Source of the DNA: Octopus sinensis
Lineage: Eukaryota
Reading direction: 5' to 3'
DNA: 64,000 nt
Assembly (NCBI RefSeq): GCF_006345805.1
Contig: NC_042997.1
Coordinates: forward strand, 42,532,001 to 42,596,000
Shown here piece after piece: positions 1 through 11,990 of the stretch. The first letter of the stretch is position 1, and each line of letters starts with the position of its first letter. The notes under the pieces were generated by a model. It was not told the origin of the DNA, did no database searches, and saw only the letters and a program-made list of their open reading frames with translations. Made by a program: the position numbers and the translations under genes.

Positions 1-880
1 GCGTATGAGGTAGAAGGCTTTCCACTACAACCTAGCCACACCATCTCCGGAGGGTAATGACTATGGCATTAGATCAAAAAACACCTGCCCAGAATCAAGG
101 ACCTTGAACCCTCTGAAGTGGACTTGCTGGGAAACATCCCAAAACTGAAGTTCCATAAGTCCTCTTCCCCCTTCCAAGCTCTGGGCTGATATTAGATTAT
201 TAAAAAACTCAGGTGGGTCCCTAATCTTCTCTGATAAGATGAAGAATTTATAAAGGTTTGACACCTTAGAATATGATAGACTACTAGAAAATAACATCAC
301 ACAAAACTATAAGCATCCCCCGCACACATATAGCAACATCAACAGTGAAGCACAAAAATTAGCTAATACACTAGAGATAACAGATAGGATAAAGATCCTA
401 GCTAAAGGAAATGCTTTCATCACCATAAAAGATCATAAACTGAACTTTGTCTCTAACCCTAAATGCACCTGATCAATCAGGCTAGCGTTTTGGTAACAGG
501 TGCAGCACCAACATCATGCGCACATAGAAATACATTGGATGTGCTGGGAATTCTCTCAAACAATGCATTTCCAACCATAAATCCCCCTTTAGGGTCCTGG
601 AAAGAAGATATGTAACATCCCTGGCCAGTCACGTCTGGTAACTAAAAGACGACAGAATCCCACACTCGACCTCAGGGAAAATCCTCGAAAACCCAGGCCC
701 CCACCTCAACGGGATGAAGCACAGCAAGTTATGCATAGCTGAACACACGAGAATCCTAAAAGACTCGCTCAAGTCAGGGAACATCCTTAATTTCAGAACA
801 GAGATTTTTGGGCCATGTATGCATTTTAGGAAATTCCTGCTAGTATTTTGGAATCCGCAAGAATCCAGAAGTCAATAGCC
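1..880 (+). mobile_element. Penelope-like element relic (Naiad/Chlamys-like), internally deleted: N-terminal/pre-RT region joined to GIY-YIG C-terminus
   Basis: Translation of ~210-484 gives IFSDKMKNL*RFDTLEYDRLLENNITQNYK...INSEAQKLANTLEITDRIKILAKGNAFITIKDHKLNFVSNPKC. Translation of 528-878 gives KYIGCAGNSLKQCISNHKSPFR...TSLASHVW*LKD...KLCIAEH...ILNFRTEIFGPCMHFRKFLL. These match remembered Naiad-type PLE motifs (FITLKDHK..NPxCRLINP; YIG..LN.R.EI..CRH..KFLL). Contains stops and frameshifts. Confidence 0.75.
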
Positions 881-889
881 GAAGGCAAC

Positions 890-1620
890 GTGAGATAATC
901 CCTTATTATTTACCTTCATAGCTTTTTGGAGACTGCAAGATGTTACATTCATAATGAAGCCTTTCCCCCTCCATATTTTGAAGAGGTCTTAGGCTAACAG
1001 GTTTTGGGGTCTGATGATACACCATAAAGTTAAACCTTTTATGGACAGGTCTATCTAAAAAGGTTGAAATGAGTTCGCAAGAATGGAGAGAAGAGCAGAT
1101 GTCAACTCAGGATTTGCGGTTGCTTTTGGACAATTCCTTAGGCACCCATTTTCCAAGTTTAGGAACCTTTCCAAGTTGTTGAAGATGACGATGAACAGTT
1201 GTATGGTTTGATCTAAGCTTTATTGCCAATTCTTCAACTGATAATGCAGTATTTTCTTCAAGTAATGCCTCAAGGAGCTTATCATCAAATTCAACTGGGC
1301 ATTCTGTTCAATCTTCATCTTCAAGGCTGAAATCTCCAAATCTGAATTTTGCAAACCATCTTCTGCAAGTTCTTTCAGTCAAGCATTCTTTCCCATAAAC
1401 TGAGTGTATGTTTCAAGTTGCTTTGGCTTCAGAGTTTCCTTTTTTGTACTCATAAAGCATTATGTGCCTCAAATGCTCTTTGGATACTTCCACGCTAGAA
1501 AGGGTTTTAATTAAAGAAATTTTAATTCTATTATTCTGTAAGTTAGCATTTAATTAGTGTAAATGTACACAAATGCATAAAAATAATTTTTAATTCCATC
1601 AGACATTCTAAAATACTATT
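890..1620 (-). mobile_element. mariner transposase relic (N-terminal HTH to WVPHEL region), internally deleted
   Basis: Minus strand from 1493: VEVSKEHLRHIMLYEYKKGNSEAKAT*NIHSVYGKECLTERTCRRWFAKFRFGDFSLEDED...TTVHRHLQQLGKVPKLGKWVPKEL. Several stops. Outer limits are approximate. Confidence 0.85.
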
Positions 1621-1715
1621 AAATTTCATTCAGTTTTAAAAAAGGTAAAATCGGACAGAACTTATGGGATGACCTGATAAATGCACATACATACATACAC
1701 ATACATACATACATA

Positions 1716-3250
1716 CAGTAGAACATCGCAGAATGAGTGCACCATTGTACATGTAATTTGAAGTATGAGCCAAGGCTCATGTGAATTTCTGTCTTGAAAT
1801 ATGAGCAGAAATCCGCAGTACGAGTGAGTTTCATGCCAGTGGCTCCCAGTAGGTGCTGAGCTCACACATGCTCTCCCAACAAGTGCAGTTTCCACTTCCT
1901 CAGTTCATGTGTTTATCTCGTTGTGGCAGCATCCCTGTTGTTTTTTCCTAGTGTTTTTGTTCGGTTTTGTGCATTGTCTACTATTATTTTATAATAATTA
2001 GTTGTGTTAGCCATGGGTCCTAAGAATGTTTGTGCAAAGGACAGTGCTGAGAAGAAGAAAAAACTAATTATGATAGAACTGAAGAAAGAAAGCATTGATA
2101 AACACGAGAGAGGGGTGCATGTAGTGGACATAGCACGTCAATACGACCGAAGCACGTCAACGATCTGCACCATCCAGAAGAAAAAAAGACGAGATCGAGG
2201 CCATTACAACAGCAAAGTGTGTCTTCAGGCTCTCTAAGCAACACACATCTGTCCACGAAGGGATGGAAAAATTGCTTCTTCCGTGGATCAATGAGAAGCA
2301 ACTCTCAGGAGACACGACGATTACGGAGACTGTCGTCTGCTAGAAAGCACGAGCGCTGTATGGGGATCTCCTGAAGCAGAACCCTGAAACATCGACGGAG
2401 GAGACATCAGCAGACACATTTAAAGCCAGTCACGGCTGATTTGATAATTTCAAGAAGAGGACTGGTGTTCATAGCCTCGTCAGGTATGGAGAGGCAACGA
2501 GTTCTGAAACGGAGGCAGCTGAGGATTTCGTGTGTGAATTCCATCAGCTCATTGCATAACAGGTATTTAACTGTGATGAGGCTGGCCTTTTTGGGCAAAA
2601 AATGCCCAGAAGGGAAGAAAATGCCAGGCCACAAGCCTATGAAAGATAGGCTAACTTGCCCTTTGTGCCAATGCAAGTGAAAACTCTGAAAATCCACGAG
2701 CATTCAAGTCACACAAAATCCTGAAGGAGAAGCTGCAGTTCATGTGGAGGGAAAATGTTAAAGCCTGGGTCACCTGGCAATTCTTCAAGTGGGTTGATCT
2801 TGTCTTTAGACCAGCAATGGAAAAGTACCTTCTAGAGAACAATCATTCTCTCAAGGCCCTCCTCATCCTCAACAATGCTCCTGCTCACCCTCCTAACCTT
2901 GAGGATGATATCCTGGATGAATTTAAATTTATAAAAGTTCTCTACCTTTCATGCAACACAACTCCTATCTTGCAGTCCATGGACCAACAGGTAATTTCTA
3001 ATTTTAAGAAATTGTGTACCAAACACCTTTTTCATAGGTGTTTTGAAGTCACCAAAATACAAATCTAACACTTCATGAGTTTTGGAAAAAGCACTACAAC
3101 ATTGTAAACTGCCTGAAAATCATCGATATGGCCTGGCAGGATGTAACAAGGAGAAGGATGGATTCTGCAGGGAAAAAACTGTGGCCTGACTGCGTTTCCA
3201 AAAGAGATTTTAAGGGGTTTGAGTCTGTAGCATAGACTTGTTTGTAATTC
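1716..3250 (+). mobile_element. Tigger/pogo DNA transposon with disrupted CENP-B/DDE transposase
   Basis: TA|CAGTAGAACATCG left-TIR-like start at 1716. ATG at 2013 gives MGPKNVCAKDSAEKKKKLIMIELKKESIDKHERG..., later VFNCDEAGLF, KPMKDRLT, WRENVKAWVT, LLILNNAPAHP, TTPILQSMDQQVISNFK, WKKLWP-like. Frameshifted. Right TIR not found. Confidence 0.9.
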
Positions 3251-3284
3251 CTCTCTCTCTTTATTATATATATGTACATTCGAA

Positions 3285-3445
3285 CATAGCAGAGAACAGC
3301 TAGCCTTTGGCTGCTATTTGGATCCCGTTGTGTCCATTACTCTGATTTGTCTCTTGCTCAATTAAGCCAAGTGCCATGTATAACCAGTCAGAGGCCCTTA
3401 ATATGATCATGTGGGACAACCTGTTCACTACCCATTTGAGCCTAC
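3285..3445 (+). repeat. Diverged partial copy of the LTR-like repeat at 23014-23343
   Basis: tagcagagaacagctagcctttggc...gttgtgtccattactctgatt and ccatttgagccta align with tagcagataacagctaacctttggc...gttgtgtacactactctgatt and ccatttgagccta near 23016 and 23178. Confidence 0.55.
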
Positions 3446-3674
3446 TTTTCCTTCCAAAAACTCACCTTCTACTCATTTCGAAGTTTTTGGTTCCAGACCA
3501 AAGTGTGTGTATGTGTGTGCATGCATGCATGCAGACATCCAGATAGACACACACACACACACACACACACATATACTCATAATCTCTCATCACATTGCAC
3601 AAAGCCACCTCCCTCAATACTATTCCCTACCTCAGTTGAGGGTTCTTTGTCTTGCAAGTTACTTGGTGACCTCA

Positions 3675-3862
3675 CCAGTGCTGGCGCCACATAAAAAGCA
3701 CTCACTACACTCTGTGAAGCAGTTGACATTGGGAAGGGCCATCCAGCCATAGAAAGTTTGCCAAGGCAGACAATAGAGCTCACCAACTCCATCAAACTAT
3801 TCAACCCATGTCAGTATGGAAAACAGGTATTAAATGATGATGATGATGATGATGATGATGAC
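3675..3862 (+). mobile_element. Old RTE 3'-UTR fragment with (GAT)n tail
   Basis: ggcgccacataaaaagcactcactacac...ggaagggccatccagcc...aacccatg...taaatgatgatgat is homologous to the RTE 3' ends at 24900 and 39284. Confidence 0.7.
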
Positions 3863-4105
3863 AGTATATATTAAAACAAAGACTAGAATTTATAGTATGG
3901 TTTTTAAATTCTGTGGATACAATTACTTCAATACAACATGGAAAATACGTTTATGAATATGAATATTAATATTCATGTTCATAAGATGTATTTTTGATGT
4001 TGTATGAATTAAAATAACACTATAAACTCCAGTCTTTGTTTTAGTATAAACATCCTCTTCTGCTTGACCAAGAATTTTAACTTGCAGGGTTAGTTTTCTC
4101 CTTAA

Positions 4106-4325
4106 CCTTTTAGCATTTAAACCAACTATATCCAGCCTAAATATTCTATCTGTTTTGTGACCAAATTAACCAGATCCAGCCTCCGACATCTACCTTACAA
4201 TATCATTCTACAAAAATACAATTATACTATTGAAATCTTGAAGCTAGAAGATAATGCATGATTAATTTAAAACACTGTGCATGAATACGCATTACATTTG
4301 ACAAAGCAATCTGAATACTAAAAGG
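4106..4325. mobile_element. TTAA-type (piggyBac-like) MITE, old
   Basis: ttaa|ccttttagcatt ... aatactaaaagg|cta imperfect TIRs. A related truncated copy lies at 46708-46917. Confidence 0.5.
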
Positions 4326-4425
4326 CTACAGATAAAAAATCTACATATGTACAATTGACAGCCAGGATTCACAAAAGTGCTTCATTAGCACACAGCTTGG
4401 ATTTTAATCTCTTTTGTATAATGCA

Positions 4426-4458
<33 letters not shown>

Positions 4459-4460
<2 letters not shown>

Positions 4461-4965
4461 GGGCTGCCCCAAAATAGCTGATAACTCAATTTTCATTCCG
4501 TTTTAGAGTTAACTCATTAGAAATAATGAAGGAAGTCAGACTAAAATTTGAACAAAGGAAATTTAACCAAGAGTGCTACTGGAAGTTTGAAATGAAGTGC
4601 AAAAACAGCTTAGGAGGGTGTTTCAAACAGATTGCCTAACTATATAACTCACCATCATTCCAATTAAAGATACATTTGAAGCAGATAGAACTGTTTGGAA
4701 TGTCCACAAGAAATGTTCTGGAAGACCATGGACATTGTCAAACCACCACAAAGCGAGAAAGAGTACTAGAAACATCTTGCCAGAGTTTAAGGGAATCTGT
4801 GTGGCGAGCAAGTCTTGAGATAAACATTTCAAAATCAAGTGTCCATCACATTTTAAGAGATATCATTGGAAATGTTATATTTCAAGAATAGTCCATGCTT
4901 TCAATGAGAAAGACTGACTGAAGAGTAGAGTTTTGTAAGTGGTACTTGCAAGATGTGTTGAAGAT
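4459..4965 (+). mobile_element. Tc1/mariner-superfamily (rosa/maT-like, DUF4817-type HTH) transposase 5' fragment
   Basis: TA|CAGGGCTGCCCCAAAA start. MKEVRLKFEQRKF...DTFEADRTVWNVHKKCSGRP...SLRESVWRASLEINISKSSVHHILRD. Degenerate and truncated by a SINE A. Confidence 0.6.
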
Positions 4966-4967
4966 GC

Positions 4968-5329
4968 ACCACATGGTTGCGGGTTCAGTCCCACTGCGTG
5001 GCATCTTGGGCAAGTGTCTTCTGCTATAGCCCTGAGCCGACCAATGCCTTGCGAGTGGATTTGGTAGACGGAAACTGAAAGAAGCCTGTCGTATATATGT
5101 ATATATATATGCATGTGTGTGTGTGTGTTTGTGTGTCTGTGTTTGTCTCCCTAGCATTGCTTGACAACCGATGCTGGTGTGTTTACGTCCCCGTCACTTA
5201 GCGGTTCGGCAAAAGAGACCGATAGAATAAGTACTGGGCTTACAAAGAATAAGTCCCGGGGTCGATTTGATCGACTAAAGGCAGTGCTCCAGCATGGCTG
5301 CAGTCAAATGACTGAAACAAGTAACAGAG
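4968..5329 (+). mobile_element. SINE family A (tRNA-type, internal TA/TG microsatellite), 5'-truncated
   Basis: ggttcagtcccactgcgtggcatcttgggcaagtgtcttc...gactgaaacaagta, near-identical to the full copies at 17367, 31664 and 38694. Confidence 0.9.
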
Positions 5330-5852
5330 AAACTCTCCAACAAAGATTATTTCAAGTGATGAGGCTATATTTAAATTAAATAGCTCAATTAACTGCCACA
5401 TTTGCACCTACTGGGGACCTGAGAACTGTATATTACAGAGGAATATCATGTTAATTTACCAGGAGTGGTGCAACTTATCATTGGAAGGATTAATTAGACC
5501 ATTCTTGTTTTGACAGTATTATGATTGGTCCCATTTACTTTAATTTGCTGTGAAAATCTATCATGCCAAGTATTCAAATAAGCTTTGAAGGTGTGACATA
5601 CCTATACGACCACAGTTATGTAAGGGACTACCTTGATAAGATTTTGCTGAACAGGTAGATGGTATAAAAGAAATGTCTCAGAGGAAATATTTCGTCTATT
5701 CTTTGTCATGCTGGTCCTCACACAGCACAAGTGTAACATGAAATGAAGTGTTTTGTTTAAGAATACAACATACCCCCTGGTCCAAGAACCAAACCCATAA
5801 TCTGGCAATTGTGAGAGCAACACTCTAACCACTCGGCCTCATGCCTTGAATG

Positions 5853-6040
5853 GATGGAAGCACTCCGTCGGTTACGACGACGAGGGTTCCGGTTGATCCG
5901 AATCAACGGAACAGCCTGTTTTCGCTCAATAAACAGGTGTTTTCGCTCAATAAACACTCACAACGCCCGGTCTGGGAATCGAAACCGCGATCCTATGACC
6001 GCGAGTCCGCTACCCTAACCACTGGGCCATTGCGCCTCCA
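5853..6040 (-). mobile_element. SINE family B, internally deleted, inserted in the head of an older SINE
   Basis: 15-bp TSD ctcatgccttgaatg (5838-5852 and 6041-6055). Head tggaggcgcaatggcccagtgg with B-box-like ggtttcgattcc on the minus strand. Confidence 0.9.
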
Positions 6041-6494
6041 CTCATGCCTTGAATGAGAAGATGCATAAATACAAACAATGATCAGCGGTACCTAAAGGAG
6101 AATGGCCATCAGTTAGAAAAGAGGCCTTCAGAGATAATTTAACTCAACAGATTCTAGTATATTTTGAAAATGATATGCATTTTAATAAACATTGATTCCA
6201 TAATCATTCAATGTGTGTGTGTGTGTGTGTGTGTGTGCACATGTATGTGAGTGTGCATGCGTATTTTCGCCATCATCATCATTGTGTCTACATCCACTTT
6301 TACATACTTGCATGGGCCAGATGGAATTCTAAGCTTAACATTCTAAAATTAGTTCTTACTACAGGGTACTATTTCATTAATGATCTCATTCTTTATATGG
6401 ACATTAAACTGGTGATTTGGTTACTATGGTTATAACAAATAATATGAATTTGTCAATTCTGTTCTACAATGTTTCCTTATTACATTCTTTAGTG

Positions 6495-7020
6495 GTTGCT
6501 TAGTGGTTGGGGTATTTGGCCACATGGTCATAAGGTCATGAGCTTGATTCCCACCATTTTATTTCACATTGCTCTAGCTGGCAAAAATGAATAGTAGGTG
6601 TATTTCAAAGGGCCAGCCTTATCACATTCTGTGTTGTGCTGAATCTCTCTGAGAACTATGTTAAGGGTAGGCATGTCTGTGGAGTGCTCAACCACTTGCA
6701 TGTTAGTTTTGTGAGCACATTATACCATCAATCAAGTCAACTGGAACCCTTAGGGTGGCAAGCTGGCAGAATCGTTAGCACGCCGGGCGAAATGCATAGC
6801 CGTATTTCGTCTGCCGTTACATTCTGAGTTCAAATTCCGCCAAGGTTGACTTTGCCTTTCATCCTTTCGGGGTCGATAAATTAAGTACCAGTTACGCACT
6901 GGGGATCGATGTAATCGACTTAATCCGTTTGTCTGTCCTTGTTTGTCCCCTCTATGTTTAGCCCCTTGTGGGTAGTAAAGAAATAAGGTCAACTGGAACC
7001 CTTGTTGTTGTAACAGACAG
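6495..7020 (+). mobile_element. Old SINE B-related copy interrupted by SINE D
   Basis: tgtatttcaaagggccagccttatcac...gtctgtggagtgctcaaccacttgca...actggaaccct matches the SINE B body and resumes after 7003. Confidence 0.7.
6752..6987 (+). mobile_element. SINE family D, full length
   Basis: 16-bp TSD gtcaactggaaccctt (6736-6751 and 6988-7003). A-box-like tggcagaatcg, B-box-like gagttcaaattcc, tail taaagaaataa. Confidence 0.9.
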
Positions 7021-7189
7021 AGTATCATTTTGTTTGTTTTTTTATTACTTTCCTTTGGAAGGTAATCATGAAAATGAACAAACATCAAATGAAAGAAACA
7101 AAAGAAGAATATTTGACAAATTCATATTTTGTCAGAATTACTACAACCACCGCAAGAAGTATTATGACTTCCATTATTCTCAGCTACAT

Positions 7190-8040
7190 TTGAACGTTGG
7201 GTCTCACAGAGGCAATGAGATCTCTGGAGATATGTGGAAGCACTCCGTCGGTTACAATGATGAGGGTTCCGGTTGCTCGTGAAATTAACGTGTAAGTGGC
7301 TGAGCACTCCACAGACACATGCACCCTTAATGTAGTTCTCGGGGATATTCAGCGTGACACAGAGAGTGACAAGGTCGGCCCCTTGAAATACAGGTACAAC
7401 AGAAACAGGAAGAAAGAGTGAGAGAAAGTTGTGGTGAAAGAGTACAGCAGGGATCACCACCATCCTCTGCCGGAGCCTCGTGGAGCTTTTAGGTGTTTTC
7501 GCTCAATAAACACTCACAACGCCTGTCTGGAGATATGCTGTGACTGTGAAGACCCGACAAATAACATGAGTTCATGGCTGTTTCCTGCACCAGCTTCACA
7601 TAGAAGGATGGCCTGCTGTACTTACCTTGGATCGTAGGGCAACCTGCTGTGCTTGAGGAGACCTACTGAGTCAAGTACATCAACATCAAAAAATCATATA
7701 GAAATTGTAGTTGTGATACCTGTGCCAGTGGTACGTAAAAAGCACCATCCGAACATGGCTGATGCCAGCACCGCCTTGACTGGCTTCCGCGCCGGTGGCA
7801 CGTAAAAAGCACCAACCAATCATGGTTGTTGTCAGCCTCTCCTGGCACCTGTGCTGGTGGCACATAAAAAGCACCCACTACACTCACTGAGTGGTTGGCG
7901 TTAGGAAGGGCATCCAGCCGTAGAAACACTGCCAGATCTGACTAGAGCCTGGTACAGCCTCCTGACTTCCCAGATCCCGGTCGAACCGTCCAACCCATGC
8001 TAGCATGGAAAAGGGACATTAAACGATGATGATGATGACA
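7190..8040 (+). mobile_element. 5'-truncated RTE (ORF end plus 3' UTR plus (GAT)n), interrupted by SINE B
   Basis: ggtctcacagaggcaatg encodes GLTEAM, like the RTE ORF end. Three ggtggcacgtaaaaagcacc-type motifs follow, then ggaagggcatccagcc...aaacgatgatgat. Confidence 0.75.
7235..7525 (-). mobile_element. SINE B, head-truncated
   Basis: 12-bp TSD tctggagatatg (7223-7234 and 7526-7537). Body matches 11608-11990. Confidence 0.9.
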
Positions 8041-8336
8041 TTATCAAGACCTCTGCCATACCATCGTCATCTCCTTTAGTGCCATCATCTCTGCTTTTCC
8101 TTACACTATCATTTCCATTATCATCTTTATATTTACTAAAAATAAATGAAGTGCACTTCCAAATGATCTAATTTATTAGTATCATGTCGCTCCTTCCTAA
8201 CTGTTAGTCAATCCAGAAAAATTTTTGTAAAGCGGTCAGTTAAGTGGGCTTTAGCAAAAGTTATTAATACAAGTACTTAACAGACTACTTGAATAAATCT
8301 AACAGTGCAGCTAAAAATGGGGAAAAAAATTGATGT

Positions 8337-8730
8337 ACAGGCATGGCCGTGTGGTTAAGAAGCTGGATCCCTAACCATGTGGTCTTTGGTTCAGTTGCGC
8401 TGCACAGCAACTTGGGCAAGTGTATTTTACTACAGCCCTCGACCAACCAAAGCCTAGTGAGTGGACTTGATAGACAGAAATTGAAAGAAGCTTGTTCTAT
8501 ATATACAAATATGTATATGTCTGTATGTGTGTCTGTGTATTTAACCCCACTACTGCTTGACAAGTAGTATTCATTTGTTTATGTCTCTACAACTTAGTGG
8601 TTCGGCAAAAGAGACCAATAGAATAAATATCAGACTTTAAAAAATAAGTACTGAGTTGAATTGTTTGATCAAACCCTTGAAGGCAGTACCCCAGTACGGC
8701 CATAGTCCAGGACTGAAGCAAGTAAAAGAA
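8337..8730 (+). mobile_element. SINE A, old diverged subfamily
   Basis: acaggcatggccgtgtggttaagaagc...cttgggcaagtg...gactgaagcaagtaaaagaa. Confidence 0.8.
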
Positions 8731-9659
8731 GGCAACAGATTTCCTCTACTTTCAACATTCTGGAAGTTATGACAATCAGTTTTTGCATTACGTAATTGAT
8801 ATCAAAAAGGGGCGAGGCAGAAATAAAAGAATTTCTGGTTTTCAGCTTTGTCAGCTGAATTTTTAATAAACTCATTAGATTAATTTTACCCTTAATTCCA
8901 AATGAAAAGCAATCAACTTTTTTTCATCCTTGAAAGGTCCAACAAAATAATGTACCACTCAAGTCCTGGGATTGATTCCGATAATGCATCCTACATGTGA
9001 ATGGAATTATGATGGAAGATTTAGATTATCAAACAAGCAAATCTCTCTCTCTCTCTCTCTCTCTCTCCCTCTCTCTGCCTGTCTCTTCTCGCACTCTCCC
9101 CCTCTCTCTTCATATATATATAGAAATTTCTTCATCCTCAGGCACAAAGCCAAATCTCTTATGTGAAGTTGTACAAACAATTGAATCAATTCCAGTATAT
9201 TATGGATCTGATTATTTTGTTGGTGTTCTGAAAGGATGGAAATCAAAATTAGAATTGGGAATTGGTGTCATTTGAATTCAAAACCCCAAAACAGAAACAA
9301 TGCGAAACAAAACTGAAACCAAATATTGCAATCCAAATCTGAAATGTTTTGGCCATTATTCCACACAATAGAGGTACTTATTAATACAGAAAGAGATTAG
9401 GCAATTTGGCAGAAATGCTAATGTACTTAGTTTCATTCTTTCTGAGGTCAATAACATATGTACCAGTTGTTTTGATGTTGTTGTCATCATCCTTGTTGTT
9501 ACATAGCCCTAAGTCAGTCTTAACTCAGCAGATCCATGATCAAAGGTATTCCTATTCCATCCATGACCATTCCGTCTGTTTCCTAAGCACAGTGCACTGA
9601 ACATCACATTGTGTTTTCTTTTATTACTAATAATATTTTTGTTTTGTTTTTGCTAAGAG

Positions 9660-9803
9660 AGGTGCAGGCATGGCTGTGTGGTAAGAAGCTTGTTACCAGC
9701 CACATGGTTCTGGGTTCAGTCCCACTGCGTGACACCTTGCACAAGTGTCTTCTACTACAGCCTCAGGCGGACCAAAGCCTTGTGAGTGGATTTGGTCGAT
9801 GGA

Positions 9804-9840
<37 letters not shown>

Positions 9841-10092
9841 ATATCTATGTGTGTGTGTCTTTGTGTCTGTTTTTGCCCCCCCCCCCAATCACCACCATCC
9901 ATTGACGACCGATGCTGGTGTGTTTACATCCCCCGCAACTTAGTGGTTCAGCAAAAAGACAATGATAGAATATGTACTAGGCTTACAAAGAATAAGTCCT
10001 AAGGTCGATTTCTTCAATTATAACCATTTTAAGACAGTGCTCCAGCATGGCCGCAGTCAAATGACTGAAACAAGTAAAAGAATAAAAGAAGA
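9660..10092 (+). mobile_element. SINE A, older subfamily, full length
   Basis: aggtgcaggcatggctgtgtggtaagaagc...(TA)n...gactgaaacaagtaaaagaataaaag. Confidence 0.85.
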
Positions 10093-10204
10093 GTAAGATA
10101 TTATTTGAGGAGGAGATTTGACTGCTTTTTCTAACAGTCCAAGCAACTGCATCGTGGTACACTTATTGGCTTGAATATGTACCAAATACTATATTACATG
10201 AGGT

Positions 10205-10752
10205 ACATCATCACCATCTTCTTCTCCTCACCTCCACCAACTCCACCTCCACTTCCTCATCCACCTCCACTACCACCTCATCCTCCACCTCCTCCTCCTC
10301 CACCACTACCACCTCATTCTCCACCTCCACCTCCTCCTCCACCACCACCTCCACCACCTCCTCATCATCCACCTCCACCTCCTCCTCCTCCACCACCACC
10401 TCCACCTCCTCATCCACCTCCTCCACCACCACCACCACATCCTCCTCCTCCTCATCATCATCATCATCATCATCATTACCGTTGTTGACATTGTCAACAT
10501 CATCATGATCATCATCGTGTCATCGTTGTTATCATCGTTGTCGTCATCACCAAATCCACCACCACCACCTCCTCCTCCTCCTCCACCACATCCTCCTCCT
10601 CCTCCACCACCACCTCCTCTCCTCCTCCACCACCACCACATCCTCCTCCTCCTCCTCCTCATCATCATTACCGTTGTTGACATTGTCATCATCATCATGA
10701 TCATCATCGTGTCATCGTTGTCGTCATCACCAAATCCACCACCACCACCACA
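10205..10752. repeat. Compound trinucleotide microsatellite (CCA/CCT/CAT) with an internal 192-bp duplication
   Basis: ttaccgttgttgacattgtca...tcaccaaatccacc occurs at 10476 and 10668. Confidence 0.9.
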
Positions 10753-11607
10753 ATCGTCATTTTCATTATCGAAATGAAAAGAAATCAATATTTTAACATT
10801 TACCCTAAATATTCTCTTTGTCTCCATATTTATATTTTTGCTTTGCATCCCTTTTCAGGAAAGCAGTGAAGGATATTCAAAACTTGTTGTTTTTCCCCCC
10901 TTTTTTTTAATAGATGGGAGACGTTGAGTTTTGAAAGCTGCAATAAACAGCTGTAAATAGAAATTATTATTTTGTTCTTCTGGACATAGAAACTCTGCCT
11001 CAGTAAACTCCATCCTACTCATGCAAGCAAAGTGAATGTTAAAATGATGATGATGATGAGGAGGAGGAGGAGGGGGAGAGGGATGGTGATGATGAGGTGG
11101 TGGAGGAGGATGACAATGGGCTTCCATACAGTTTCCGTCAACCAAATTCCCTCACAATGCATTGGTCAGCCTGGGGCTATAGCAGAAGACGCTTCCCCAA
11201 GATAACAGAGAGGAACCAAGCTTCTTGACCACACTGTTTGCCAGTAAAAATAAAATTCATTTCTTTTTAAAATTATAAGATTTTTGGGCCTTAGGAAACA
11301 TGGAATCCCTATTTTTAAGTTGTTTTGTCTGCTTTGTTAAGCAAATGTGAACACTGTATAAAAATGAGCTAATGAGAGAGCAAGAAATAGCAGTCAAGTC
11401 TCTCTCGAATCACACTCTGCTGTCTTAAAAAAAGATAACGATGTACTGACACACAAAAAAGAAGGGGTTCATATCAGAATGGGTTTGATTATGGAGCTGC
11501 TGCTTGGTAAGGGCTGACCTTGAACTTATAAGGGCTGACCTTGAATTTATAAAAACCTTTGTTGACTTATGACTGAGTAGATATGGATCTGATAGAATAG
11601 AAATCTT

Positions 11608-11990
11608 GAAGCACTCCGTCGGTTACGACGATTAGGGTTCCGGTTGATCCAAATCAACGGAACAGCCTGCTCGTGAAATTAACGTGTAAGTGGCTGAGCA
11701 CTCCACAGACACGTGTACCCTTAACGTAGTTCTCGGGGATATTCAGCGTGACACAGAGAGTGACAAGACTGGCCCTTTGAAATACAGGTACAACAGAAAC
11801 AGGAAGTAAGAGTGAGAGAAAGCTGTGGTGAAAGAGTACAGCAGGGATCACCACCATCCCCTGCCGGAGCCTCGTGGAGCTTTTAGGTGTTTTCGCTCAA
11901 TAAACACTCACAACGCCCGGTCTGGGAATCGAAACCGTGATCCTATGACCGCGAGTCCGCTGCCCTAACCACTGGGCCATTGCGCCTCCA
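11608..11990 (-). mobile_element. SINE B, full length
   Basis: Reverse complement runs from tggaggcgcaatggcccagtggttagggcagcggactcgcgg to gacggagtgcttc and is near-identical to 30798-31182. Confidence 0.95.

Noticed and set aside
440-480. In-frame TGA in the Naiad-like PLE as a possible selenocysteine codon
   Set aside because: The TGA near 470 arises from a frameshift in the C-R-LINP motif, and I saw no SECIS-like element.
4875-5379. Recurrent short ORFs such as MTTDAGVFTSPSLSG... and MVVIPAVLFHH...
   Set aside because: They are incidental translations of SINE A and B copies and recur wherever those SINEs occur.
9142-9275. Possible terminal exon after the acceptor-like tttcttcatcctcag (GTKPNLLCEVV...)
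   Set aside because: I recognise no homology or upstream partner exon, and such signals occur by chance.
10171-10848. Poly-Pro/His/Gly ORFs (extensin- or formin-like)
   Set aside because: They arise from trinucleotide microsatellites open on both strands, and no conserved domain is present.
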